This document shows, in pieces, positions 20,378 to 29,582 of a stretch of 64,000 bases of DNA. The stretch spans positions 78,918 to 142,917 of the IMG/VR virus record IMGVR_UViG_3300042691_053605; one strand, written 5' to 3'. The notes under the pieces are model-generated. The model was not told the origin of the DNA and did no database searches. It worked only from the letters and a program-made list of their open reading frames with translations. A program made the position numbers and the translations under genes. Origin of the DNA: a virus. Each line of letters begins with the position of its first letter. Positions within the stretch are counted from its first letter, which is position 1.

Positions 20378-21640
20378 TTAATGTAGACTTATTTTCATTT
20401 GTGTGCCACCTTGCGGCAGCTTATTGCAATCTACCGAAAAATTGTGTTCTTCTAAAATTGCAATACAGATGTTTAGGCCTAAACCGGTACCGGTTTCTTT
20501 TTGGCCTTCCTTTCGAGTATACGGCTGTGACAAGTGCTTAAAGTCTTCTTGACTCATTCCACGTCCATTATCTTCTATAAAAATATCATTGTCAATACGA
20601 TAAATCTTTACCTTTTTGCAATCGCTATCATTATACTTTAGTCCGTTTCTTATTAGGTTATCAACCGCGGTACAAAAAAGAGCTTCATTAACTTCGGAGG
20701 TTCCCAGATCTTCAATTTCAACTTGTGGACGATACGCGGTAGCAGAGAGATAGTCCTCTAAAATTTCTTTAAGATTGCAACTTTCTGTATTTAGCACCGC
20801 ATCTTTTTTGACAAGATTTGTAAATTCGTAAACGCCTTTGTAAACTTTTTGAGTATGACGAAGACCTTCTTTAATCATTTTTAGCGGAGCATCAATCTTT
20901 AATTCCTTTTGTTTATCTTCAGGCATTCTTCGCTCAAATGAGGAAAGGCCACGCGGCATATAGGTATTAATACCGCTGTGCATATCGTGACGAATAATTT
21001 TTGCGGCATGTTCTAAATAAGTGTTTTTCTTTTCAAGCTCCTTTGAAGATTTTACAATATCTGTAATGTCTTGCCGAATAGAGGAAAAGCCTTCAAGCTC
21101 TCCATTTCGATCAAATCGGGCACGAATGTAGGTATCTACATAATAAAGTTCTCCACTTTTTGTTCGGTTGGTTACTACGTCGTTCCAAATGCCACCAGCT
21201 AGTACAGTTTTATACATTTCTCCCCAATATCCATCTGGTTGAACTCCGGAATTTACGATACTGTGATCCTTTCCAATTACTTCTTCTAGTTTCCAACCTG
21301 ACACCTCTTCAAATTTCTTATTTACATAAGTAATTTTGCCGTATCGATCTGCAAGCGAAATAATTGAAGACGCATCAATAAAGCCGTCGGTGCCAGCAAT
21401 TCGCCTTTGCATATCATCAATATGTTCTTTTTGAATTTTCTTAATAGCGCCAATTGTACTTCTAACCAAATAGGTAAACAGCGGAATAAATGAAAGAAAG
21501 CAAATGTATTCAATACTTCGCGTAAGACTGGTTGATTCGCAAACCTCAATAAATACTAAGGTTTTTACTATTGAAAAGATTACGATATCTACACAAGTTA
21601 GTGCAAATATAGCTTTTGTTAAGAAGGAATAGATTTTCAC
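20378..21640 (-). CDS. PAS-domain sensor histidine kinase
   Basis: Two N-terminal TMs, PAS/PAC (ITYVNKKFEEVSGW..EEVIGKDH; NRTKSGELYYV), H-box IRHDMHSGIN, NLIRNGLKYN, EDNGRG and GTGLGL. Confidence 0.92.
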   Translation of the reverse strand: MKIYSFLTKAIFALTCVDIVIFSIVKTLVFIEVCESTSLTRSIEYICFLSFIPLFTYLVRSTIGAIKKIQKEHIDDMQRRIAGTDGFIDASSIISLADRYGKITYVNKKFEEVSGWKLEEVIGKDHSIVNSGVQPDGYWGEMYKTVLAGGIWNDVVTNRTKSGELYYVDTYIRARFDRNGELEGFSSIRQDITDIVKSSKELEKKNTYLEHAAKIIRHDMHSGINTYMPRGLSSFERRMPEDKQKELKIDAPLKMIKEGLRHTQKVYKGVYEFTNLVKKDAVLNTESCNLKEILEDYLSATAYRPQVEIEDLGTSEVNEALFCTAVDNLIRNGLKYNDSDCKKVKIYRIDNDIFIEDNGRGMSQEDFKHLSQPYTRKEGQKETGTGLGLNICIAILEEHNFSVDCNKLPQGGTQMKISLH

Positions 21641-22704
21641 AGCATGGATTTGACTTTTTGAACGTACTCGTCCACAAAAGCCCGGAGTTTATCCGCTGCG
21701 GCCTGGGCGGCTGGAGTCGTTATTTTATCCAATTTAGATGAGTTTGCAGCGGTATACATTTTATCAATATACCGGTTTCTAACCGCATCTAAAAGTTCCG
21801 CTCCTGATTTGTACTTAATGACCGTACCGAATTCACCTAATTGCTCAAGTGTATCTGCAACTGCGCGGATTCCATCGCATAAGTCTTCAAATCTTGGATT
21901 GGACGGATCAATACCTTTCCAGCTTTTTAATGACTGGGAAGGGTTAAACTCTTTTTCCGTACCCGACTCTTGCCAAAAGAACTTGGCAATATCCACCATA
22001 AATGTATTAATGTCTTTTGTTATTAACCGGTCTTCAACACCGGCTCTTTTACTGTATGAAACCATTTGAGTGCCCCCAAATTTAGCACGGATTCCGCGAG
22101 GCTGTATACTTATTTCCAGAACCTCTCCAAAAGACGAATAGAGGTTTCCAAGTACAAATCCTTTTACATTTCTGATTGGCGTCATTCTAAAAATTGCCCA
22201 GTCTTTATACCCAGTATGAGTAACCACCATGTCCACCTGAATCCAGCCATCGCCTTCTGGAGTGGCCACCTTCATAATCAGTTTTACCGATGACGGATCT
22301 GAAATTTTCCGTGATTCCTCAATGTCAATAAATGAATATGACTTCTTGGAAAGGAAGTCAAGTAACTCATTATTGTAAAGTTTTACTGTAGCAATTTCGT
22401 TGGATCTTTCATCCTTGCCAGTTAAATCAAGCGTAGGATAAGCAACCATAAAGTCTATGTCGCCATAGACTTTATCAGGCTGCGAAATAATATCGTCTTC
22501 ATACCAGGTTCCGCTTCCAATAGGTTTGGAAAAATCAAGTGGAGGCAGCTCAATGGTTTTACAGTGAGCTGCAAATTCGGAACCAATGATCTGAAGTTTT
22601 TTAACGCCGTCTGCTATAATTTTTGGCTTAATGAGAGTGGACTGGGTCTTTACAGATGCCCAGCCGCCCTCGGCTAACCAGTTTTCATACAGACGTACAT
22701 ACAT
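21637..22704 (-). CDS. putative Pol-beta-like nucleotidyltransferase with a capsid-targeting-like N-terminus
   Basis: IGSG...YGDIDF...QVD motif; MYVRLYENWLAE. Confidence 0.55.
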   Translation of the reverse strand: MYVRLYENWLAEGGWASVKTQSTLIKPKIIADGVKKLQIIGSEFAAHCKTIELPPLDFSKPIGSGTWYEDDIISQPDKVYGDIDFMVAYPTLDLTGKDERSNEIATVKLYNNELLDFLSKKSYSFIDIEESRKISDPSSVKLIMKVATPEGDGWIQVDMVVTHTGYKDWAIFRMTPIRNVKGFVLGNLYSSFGEVLEISIQPRGIRAKFGGTQMVSYSKRAGVEDRLITKDINTFMVDIAKFFWQESGTEKEFNPSQSLKSWKGIDPSNPRFEDLCDGIRAVADTLEQLGEFGTVIKYKSGAELLDAVRNRYIDKMYTAANSSKLDKITTPAAQAAADKLRAFVDEYVQKVKSML

Positions 22705-23294
22705 TATTGTTCGGTTGTTTCGTTACCAGGAAGAACTTGATCAACTACGTTTTCCTTTCCATAAACTGCCAAGTTAACTTGGTGAGTAATTGGAACATTA
22801 CGTAAAACTTCTGAACCAATCATATTGTTATAGCTAGGATAGGTTTGGAAATTTTCAGCAAGAAAACTTTCAAAATCTGCTACCGCATTGGCAGAAACAC
22901 CTTCTTTAATTTTGTAAGTTTTACCTTCAAATTCAAATTCAGTCTTTCCTTCCTCTTTTGCTTTTGCAACGGCACCAGAAAATTTGTTTCCTTCATCAAC
23001 CTCAGTGTCGTCTTCTACTTCAGCATTTACATCATCGGCGGCGTCAGAAGCAGGAGTTTCGGTATCATCACCTTTTGGATCTTCAGCAGGCTCTTCGTCA
23101 GGACGCTCTGTATTAGAAGGTTCTGTGCCTTTTGCATCCGGAGTTTCTTCAGGCTTTTCTGCTGTTGGAACTTCATCTTTTGGAGCTTCGGCATTGGCGG
23201 TAGTTTCCGCATCGCCTGTTTCAGGCTTTTTCTTAGGATCCGTATTAGGATTTTCATCCTGCAGGAACTCGTCAAATTTCTTTACGTGTTTCAT
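22704..23294 (-). CDS. acidic low-complexity protein, putative internal head protein
   Basis: MKHVKKFDEFLQDE; E/D/P/T-rich; late promoter upstream. Confidence 0.6.
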   Translation of the reverse strand: MKHVKKFDEFLQDENPNTDPKKKPETGDAETTANAEAPKDEVPTAEKPEETPDAKGTEPSNTERPDEEPAEDPKGDDTETPASDAADDVNAEVEDDTEVDEGNKFSGAVAKAKEEGKTEFEFEGKTYKIKEGVSANAVADFESFLAENFQTYPSYNNMIGSEVLRNVPITHQVNLAVYGKENVVDQVLPGNETTEQ

Positions 23295-23314
23295 ATTTTG
23301 CTTTATTTTCTAAG

Positions 23315-23323
23315 CTATATATC
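23315..23323 (-). promoter_or_regulatory. putative late promoter GATATATAG
   Basis: Recurring motif; heads the gene run leading through the kinases to the lysis genes. Confidence 0.7.
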
Positions 23324-23329
23324 ACAGAA

Positions 23330-24025
23330 TTATTCTGATACTCCGTACGATTCTAGCAAAGAGTTGATTAGTGTTTCTATTTGTAGGTAGAGATTAAACT
23401 GTAAAGTGTTTTCCATTGTGACAGAAACGTCCTTCATAGGAATGACTGTGTTGTCACGAAATGAAATAAGTCTTTCAACCGTGCCATCAGTGTTTCTTAA
23501 TGTGGTAGGAAAGTTAGGGTCTGTAAAGGTATCAAAAGAAATATCCGGTGAATACTTTATGAATGACGAAAGAGTTTCAATATTAGGTATAATCTTTGTT
23601 TCTTCTTTTACAACTATTTCATCACGATTAACACTTAAATCATCAGAGTAGATTTTAACATCACTAAAGCTTGCAGGGACTGTCGCATCTATGAGTGCTG
23701 CGCTAATCTCCCCAACCCAAGAACCTACTGCATCCCAGTTATATGTTACTTCAGCAGATTTAAGCACCGGTAAAAAGAGATCCTTTACGCCGTATAACTG
23801 AACACTGGTAAGAAGAACTTCCTTGTCTAAGTCTTTTCCACTATAATCAATATTTACTGTAAAGGTTGATCCGTATCCACCAGATATAGTGGTAACATTT
23901 GCAATTTCACCGCTATAAGCAGTGCCATCTATTTTAACTGATGCAGTTCCTACGGTGGTTGGCTCATTAAATTCTATACCTTTTGAAGATGCGTATAGAG
24001 TAACGTTAATTTGTATTGCTGCCAT
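23330..24025 (-). CDS. hypothetical late (probably structural) protein
   Basis: Beta-rich; late promoter at 24040-24048. Confidence 0.55.
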   Translation of the reverse strand: MAAIQINVTLYASSKGIEFNEPTTVGTASVKIDGTAYSGEIANVTTISGGYGSTFTVNIDYSGKDLDKEVLLTSVQLYGVKDLFLPVLKSAEVTYNWDAVGSWVGEISAALIDATVPASFSDVKIYSDDLSVNRDEIVVKEETKIIPNIETLSSFIKYSPDISFDTFTDPNFPTTLRNTDGTVERLISFRDNTVIPMKDVSVTMENTLQFNLYLQIETLINSLLESYGVSE

Positions 24026-24050
24026 GCTTATTGGTTTTACTATATATCAC

Positions 24051-24078
24051 AAAAAAAGCCAGACCGTAGTCTGGCTTT
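24051..24078 (-). terminator. intrinsic terminator
   Basis: AAAGCCAGAC-cgta-GTCTGGCTTT with a U-tract on the minus strand. Confidence 0.8.
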
Positions 24079-24097
24079 GAGCATGGATGAACCTTAA

Positions 24098-25231
24098 TTA
24101 GTTCATCGTAATCAAACGTTTGTAATCAACCTGTACCGGAGTTGCCACGTCTTCCAAATCCAATTCCTTTTTGAACAAAAGATTAGAGGCCTGAATTTGC
24201 AATTTCAAACGATCATCTTGATCCATTAAGATTTCTTGCGGATGGGAAGCCAAGTAGGTCAAGTGATTAAAGAAGTCATAACCATTAATTCCACTGTTAG
24301 CAGTGGTTTTCCATTTGTTAGACTTTGCCTTAATGTCAGTACCGTAGGCCTGAAAGAACGGCTTGTCATCAAAGTAGAGAGCCAAAATACGGTCGTACTT
24401 TCCGTTGGTATTACGGCTTTCAAAGAAGTTCTTGTAGGAATAGAATTCCGCCAAAGAAACATTATTTTCTTTTAAGTGCTTAACCGCGTCAGACAGCAAG
24501 ATTGGAATATCATTGTTACGCTGAGTAATGGCTTGACGAATTGACGCCTCAATTTTTGAGTTGTTGTATCGTTGTTTACTGATGTCAGCTTTTCTTCCGT
24601 ATTGACGAGCAATATTACCATTAGAGCAAACCAATCTTTCAAAGAACGGAGCATAATTGTAATACAATCCCGAGAAGGTAAATTGCTGACCGCTTTTCCA
24701 CAAGTCCAATCCAGTGCCAAATACATCCAACTCATGATCGTGTTCCAACAGTGTGATATTGAAAGCATCTTTCCTATCGTTGTAGTTAAAATTCTTTAAG
24801 CCATATTCCTTTTCAGATTGGCCTAAGCTATCAGTCAACCAACGGAAGTAGTTTTCGTAATTGACTTGGTCATCAGAACGCTTTTTGTTTTCGTTAACAT
24901 CATAAACATTTACAATCTCACGCTCATCGCCTTTTCCAATAATCGCGCCATGCATACGGATTTCTCCTTCGGCCTGCTTTAATTTGTAGGAAACCGCGGA
25001 CCAGTCCTCTGGAGACATTTTGTGTACCATATCGGTAAAGTTCTTCTTTACACGAAGAGATCCTAACACCTTAGTAGCGGCTGCTCCACGAACTGGAATA
25101 CCGCGTAGGGTTAAGCCATTGTCAAAATCAAGTTCTTTTAGAGAAAACTCAGTAAAAGCCCTGTCGTTCATAGAAGACAAAACCTCTTGAGATTTTTCTT
25201 CAATTTGTTCAATAACTAATTTGTTGTTCAT
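24098..25231 (-). CDS. DUF932-like protein
   Basis: FFERLVCSNG motif; ECF-type promoter variant at 25256-25281. Confidence 0.5.
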   Translation of the reverse strand: MNNKLVIEQIEEKSQEVLSSMNDRAFTEFSLKELDFDNGLTLRGIPVRGAAATKVLGSLRVKKNFTDMVHKMSPEDWSAVSYKLKQAEGEIRMHGAIIGKGDEREIVNVYDVNENKKRSDDQVNYENYFRWLTDSLGQSEKEYGLKNFNYNDRKDAFNITLLEHDHELDVFGTGLDLWKSGQQFTFSGLYYNYAPFFERLVCSNGNIARQYGRKADISKQRYNNSKIEASIRQAITQRNNDIPILLSDAVKHLKENNVSLAEFYSYKNFFESRNTNGKYDRILALYFDDKPFFQAYGTDIKAKSNKWKTTANSGINGYDFFNHLTYLASHPQEILMDQDDRLKLQIQASNLLFKKELDLEDVATPVQVDYKRLITMN

Positions 25232-25271
25232 TTGATGAATTATTTTATTTAGTGCTTATATACCCAAGTGG

Positions 25272-25676
25272 TTAAGAGTTTTTACGTTTTACCGAAAAGT
25301 TATTATCATCATCCGTATTAACTACATAAAAGTCGTCCCAAGAGTTTCCAATTTTTACGGAGTCCTTGGTGATTTCTGCAATGTACTGATTGATTAACGG
25401 ATTTTCTTCATTTTCAAATCTGCCGTCCATTTCAGTTATTACAAATACCGGTTTTTCTATCGCGTCAGATAGTTTTCTCAGCTTTTGACAGTCCTTTGTA
25501 AGATCCAAATCTCCGTGCCAGATTTTTTCAACGGTTCCTCCAAATGCACCAGTTTTAACAACTACATTTGAATTAAAGATCGGAACATTTTCAGGATACG
25601 CACTGTAATAACCGCTTTTTGATCCTGCAATTAAACGGCCAGCGTGGCCAAGTTTTTCTTCAGCAATTTTTTTCAT
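25272..25676 (-). CDS. hypothetical protein
   Basis: 134-aa ORF. Confidence 0.55.
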   Translation of the reverse strand: MKKIAEEKLGHAGRLIAGSKSGYYSAYPENVPIFNSNVVVKTGAFGGTVEKIWHGDLDLTKDCQKLRKLSDAIEKPVFVITEMDGRFENEENPLINQYIAEITKDSVKIGNSWDDFYVVNTDDDNNFSVKRKNS

Positions 25677-25679
25677 GGT

Positions 25680-26204
25680 TTAAGGTTTTAATTGATATGA
25701 ATGTACTCTTTCAGCGTATTCATTTACGCAAGGTCTTCCAGTATTGTAACAGCCAAAAACAGTTTTCCAGTCACCGTAACGATCATATAGGTATCGTAAA
25801 AGTTTCATGCTTGTCTTTGCATTGAATTCAATATTCGTTCGAAGTTCCTCTTTATCTATTTCCCATTTTGGCCACATCATTTTTGCCGTGGTAGGCATAA
25901 TTTGCATAGGACCAACTGCACCAACTGATGAGGTTTGAGCAGGATTGTAACTCCAGTGAAACGGGCCGCGATAACCGGTTTCAACGTGTGCAACTCCGTA
26001 CGCGTATGCTTTAGGAATGTTATATTCTTCTGCATATTTGTCAATGTAATAGTACAACTGAATACACGGAGGAGTGTTTTCATTAACAGGGACAGCCCCC
26101 AAGTCAATCAGATTGATTGACTTGGAAATAGGACTGCTGTAGGCAGCATACGCCAAAACAAATAGAACGGCTGCCAAAACGATAAAAATTTCCAGCCTTT
26201 TCAT
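25680..26204 (-). CDS. lytic transglycosylase (SLT domain) with an N-terminal anchor
   Basis: AHVETG, GAVGPMQIMP and YNTG motifs. Confidence 0.88.
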   Translation of the reverse strand: MKRLEIFIVLAAVLFVLAYAAYSSPISKSINLIDLGAVPVNENTPPCIQLYYYIDKYAEEYNIPKAYAYGVAHVETGYRGPFHWSYNPAQTSSVGAVGPMQIMPTTAKMMWPKWEIDKEELRTNIEFNAKTSMKLLRYLYDRYGDWKTVFGCYNTGRPCVNEYAERVHSYQLKP

Positions 26205-26205
26205 A

Positions 26206-26526
26206 TTATTTTGAATTGATGTTAGTATACATTTGATTTGCGTATGTGTTAAATACCGCGTCGCCTACCTCTTTGGAATAAATTGAATATCTTCCAGTTT
26301 CACGGTCAATTAATAAGAATTCACCGCGTTCATTAACCGCAACCGAGGTTTGGCTTAAGGTTTGCGTAACCGGCAATTTGGCAGTTTTGTTTCTATAATC
26401 ACGGTAAATACCGTAAGAAAAATGTGCGCCTGCGCCAATTACAAAAGCAGCAGCTATTACAATAACACGGTTAAAACTGTTAACTAAGGCTTTTGCCTTT
26501 TCTTTCATGGTTTCTTGATTAAACAT
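26206..26526 (-). CDS. hypothetical membrane protein
   Basis: One TM helix; adjacent to the SLT gene. Confidence 0.55.
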   Translation of the reverse strand: MFNQETMKEKAKALVNSFNRVIVIAAAFVIGAGAHFSYGIYRDYRNKTAKLPVTQTLSQTSVAVNERGEFLLIDRETGRYSIYSKEVGDAVFNTYANQMYTNINSK

Positions 26527-26545
26527 AATATGTGGTTTTAAGGGT

Positions 26546-26911
26546 TTACTTTTGAGTTGAACGTTTACGTGCTTCTACTAACAAATCGGAAATGTTGGCA
26601 GTCATTACCTCATGGCCGCCAAAAATAATATCCTGATAGTCCGCTTCGTAAACAGCCTGGAACTCAGGATACTTTTCGTAAATCTGTTTAAGATCCAGCA
26701 ATTGATGATCCACTTGTTCAAAATCTCCGTATTCCGTAAGAACATGAAACATTCCGGTCCAGCCCGATGACATAATTTTTACAGCAATTGGTTCCTCATC
26801 AGAAGGACACAAATTATAGCAAATTTGACTGCGGCCTTTTTCCAATGGAATATCCATTACAATGGATTCAGAAGTTCCATCCTGGTGTCTAGTTGTTTGG
26901 GTTACTTTCAT
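26546..26911 (-). CDS. hypothetical protein
   Basis: Likely start MKVTQTT at 26911. Confidence 0.5.
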   Translation of the reverse strand: MKVTQTTRHQDGTSESIVMDIPLEKGRSQICYNLCPSDEEPIAVKIMSSGWTGMFHVLTEYGDFEQVDHQLLDLKQIYEKYPEFQAVYEADYQDIIFGGHEVMTANISDLLVEARKRSTQK

Positions 26912-26915
26912 AATT

Positions 26916-27182
26916 TTACTTTGTTTCAATAATTGTATAAGTTCCTTCGATAACTCCCCAGCTTGATTTTTCAGAAAAGTTATATGTATCGTATGACGTA
27001 TCGGCGGTGGTACGAGTTTTAGTAAGAACCCAGAGTTCATCGTTTTTCCATGTAACATTAACCAACTTTTGGTCAGATTGCAGATTCAAAACAGCGGTTC
27101 CACCAAAGTTTTTTACCCTTGTGTTATCGGTGCAGGAACTGAAAGCAGCGAGTACCAAGGCACTTAAGAATACTTTTTTCAT
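26916..27182 (-). CDS. putative lipoprotein
   Basis: MKKVFLSALVLAAFSSC lipobox; start at 27182. Confidence 0.65.
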   Translation of the reverse strand: MKKVFLSALVLAAFSSCTDNTRVKNFGGTAVLNLQSDQKLVNVTWKNDELWVLTKTRTTADTSYDTYNFSEKSSWGVIEGTYTIIETK

Positions 27183-27257
27183 ATTGTTTATTATTAATTT
27201 GATAAGATAAAAATAATACAAAAAACCCAAAGAAAAAAATCTTTGGGCAATTAGTTA

Positions 27258-28406
27258 TTAACAATTTTTACAGCATTCCGACGGATACTTTCGAACCATC
27301 CAGTCGAGCTCTGTTCTTTCCGGATATTCCTCATACCAGCCTTTTGGCTGTTTTGCCAAGGTTACTGTATGAAAAAACTCCTCGTACATTGGTGCAATCG
27401 CATCAAGAGAATAGTTATTCATTGCCCATTCACGGCATGCTTTTGGACTAATCTTATCAATGTTTTTGGTAGCCCAAACAAACTGTTCCATAGTACGGCA
27501 ACGATAACCTGTAACGCCATGAAGATTATTTTCTGCAAATGTTGCCCAGTCCGTTGAAATTACCGGGGTTCCTGAGAAAAACGCTTCAATCATTACACCA
27601 CCAAAAGGCTCAGGATAATATGTTGGAACAAAAACCGCTTTGGCACCAGCCATAAGTTTTTTTCTCTTTTCAACATCAGCGTATCCTGCAAGTTCCACAT
27701 GATCGGGTTTTTTGCCAAAAGTTTTTTCAAAATCTCCTTGGCCTGCAATTACCAATTTAACGCCGGCTCTTTCTGTTGCTTGAATTGCAATATCAATTCC
27801 TTTAACTGTGACCAGTCTTCCGATATAGAGAAAGTAATCATCCTTTTCTTCTCGGTATTCAAAATCTTCTGGCTCAAAATAGTTTGGAATAACTGCATCA
27901 TACCAACCAGGGTTACCCCATTTCATTCGTTCATACGCAATACCTAAAACGCTATATGATTCAAAAACTCTGTAAGGAGCAAATAGCCCTGAATGATAAC
28001 CAATTCCAGGTTCAACTGGAATTAGATCAGGATGCGCGTTTGCAACAGGCTGATGACCATAACCCCAGAAGCAGAGGAGAAAATCTCCTGGCTGCTTTCT
28101 GGAAGTGATTTCATTTATTGCATTTTGATTAAATGTGGTTTGAGCCAAATCAGAAACATTATGGACAAATTGATTGCTTTTCCAATCGTATTCACCGTAT
28201 GTTTCTATTAACACTTTGTCATTTGTAACCGGTATCAATTCATCGCAAATTGCATCAGAACGATCGTGTGCATAGAGATAAATTGTGTGTCCTCGCTCTT
28301 TCATCATCTTACAGAATTTTACCACCTTCTGAGTATACGCACAAGATACGTATTCTTTAGATGCTACTGTATGTGCAAGAGCGAGAACGTGAAACCGGTA
28401 CTTCAT
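27258..28406 (-). CDS. GT4 (GT-B) glycosyltransferase
   Basis: YIGRLVTVKG and EPFGGVMIEAFFSGTPVI. Confidence 0.9.
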   Translation of the reverse strand: MKYRFHVLALAHTVASKEYVSCAYTQKVVKFCKMMKERGHTIYLYAHDRSDAICDELIPVTNDKVLIETYGEYDWKSNQFVHNVSDLAQTTFNQNAINEITSRKQPGDFLLCFWGYGHQPVANAHPDLIPVEPGIGYHSGLFAPYRVFESYSVLGIAYERMKWGNPGWYDAVIPNYFEPEDFEYREEKDDYFLYIGRLVTVKGIDIAIQATERAGVKLVIAGQGDFEKTFGKKPDHVELAGYADVEKRKKLMAGAKAVFVPTYYPEPFGGVMIEAFFSGTPVISTDWATFAENNLHGVTGYRCRTMEQFVWATKNIDKISPKACREWAMNNYSLDAIAPMYEEFFHTVTLAKQPKGWYEEYPERTELDWMVRKYPSECCKNC

Positions 28407-28846
28407 TATGCTTCAGTTGTAGGAGTTGCTGTTGTAGCCGCGGTTGTAGTTTTCTTAGGCGCGCGTGGTTTACGTGGCTTATTTGCCTTTTTTGCAGTTT
28501 CGCCAGCAGGCTTATCTGCCTTTGGCTTAGCCGCCTTAGGAGTTTTAGCAGGTTTTGCTGCCGACATTTTTGCAGTTTCATCAACCAATTTTTCTGGACG
28601 ATACACATAACTTAAATGGTAAAAGTCAGAATTTCTCAAGTAAATTGGAAACACTTGATCTGCCAAATTTCCGCCAGTCAAAATAGCCCATGCCATTTTG
28701 AATCTTTGGCCAAAAGTCATATTTTGGCTTTCCATGTCAACCGCGCTTACTTTTGTTAAGCTGGTTTTCATATCTTTATCGAATGATAAAGTATACGATT
28801 TGTTTGTTGCCTTCATTCCGAAGGTCTTGTTTGGATCAATACTCAT
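28406..28846 (-). CDS. hypothetical protein with a histone H1-like K/A/P-rich tail
   Basis: AAKPAKTPKAAKPKADKP...; likely start MSIDP at 28846. Confidence 0.55.
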   Translation of the reverse strand: MSIDPNKTFGMKATNKSYTLSFDKDMKTSLTKVSAVDMESQNMTFGQRFKMAWAILTGGNLADQVFPIYLRNSDFYHLSYVYRPEKLVDETAKMSAAKPAKTPKAAKPKADKPAGETAKKANKPRKPRAPKKTTTAATTATPTTEA

Positions 28847-29118
28847 ATATTTGATTTTTGTTTGTTGATTTCTTCGTATTCGTCTAGCGTGTACCATCTC
28901 ACTTCTTGCGCTACCGGATCAAAATTTTCTCCTTCTGGATAGGCAACATAGATTTGGCCTGCTTTGTCTTTTCCAATTGCTGATAACCCACAACCTTCAC
29001 AGAGTACAACTTCATAGGTATCAAGTTGTAACTCTTCAGAAATGCGATAAACATCAATATCCGCTGTTAGCTGCGTGCCAAAAAGATGCGCGGAGCACTT
29101 ATTACAAAAGTCTGCCAT
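28843..29118 (-). CDS. small Cys-motif (putative Zn-binding) protein
   Basis: MADFCNKC...LCEGCG. Confidence 0.6.
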   Translation of the reverse strand: MADFCNKCSAHLFGTQLTADIDVYRISEELQLDTYEVVLCEGCGLSAIGKDKAGQIYVAYPEGENFDPVAQEVRWYTLDEYEEINKQKSNI

Positions 29119-29120
29119 AA

Positions 29121-29339
29121 TTATAGAAAATCGTCTTGAAAATGTTCGATAGAATAAATTTTGTGCTTGGAAATATCATTATAGCAATCCCAGGTTCCGC
29201 GAATTGTTAAATGCATAATGTTATCGCCTTCGGAAACGGTTTGTATCAGTGAGCATCCACTGTATTTACTAACTGTGCCTGCAATAATTGCCACCTCATT
29301 AAGATGAGCAGAGACATAAAATTCAATAATTTCTTTCAT
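29121..29339 (-). CDS. hypothetical protein
   Basis: 72 aa, directly behind an ECF-type promoter. Confidence 0.5.
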   Translation of the reverse strand: MKEIIEFYVSAHLNEVAIIAGTVSKYSGCSLIQTVSEGDNIMHLTIRGTWDCYNDISKHKIYSIEHFQDDFL

Positions 29340-29344
29340 ATGTT

Positions 29345-29370
29345 TTATATTCAGAAAGAGAAAAAAGTTT
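29345..29370 (-). promoter_or_regulatory. ECF-type promoter
   Basis: AAACTTTTTTCTCTTTCT-GAATATAA on the minus strand. Confidence 0.65.
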
Positions 29371-29582
29371 TAGTTAGGAGTTTTCTCATCGATTATTTGT
29401 TGCATTACGCCAAAGGTCATTGATCGGGACTCCAAGTCCTCAATAATTACTTTAATTGCATAAAACCTCTCAAGCGGAGGAAGATCTTTAATGGCCTCTG
29501 CTATTAAAACAGAGATTTCCGAAATTTTTGTATTGAGTTCATCTGTGTATTCGACCTCAAGATTCTTGTTGACTGTTACCAT
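29370..29582 (-). CDS. hypothetical protein
   Basis: 70-aa ORF. Confidence 0.5.
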   Translation of the reverse strand: MVTVNKNLEVEYTDELNTKISEISVLIAEAIKDLPPLERFYAIKVIIEDLESRSMTFGVMQQIIDEKTPN

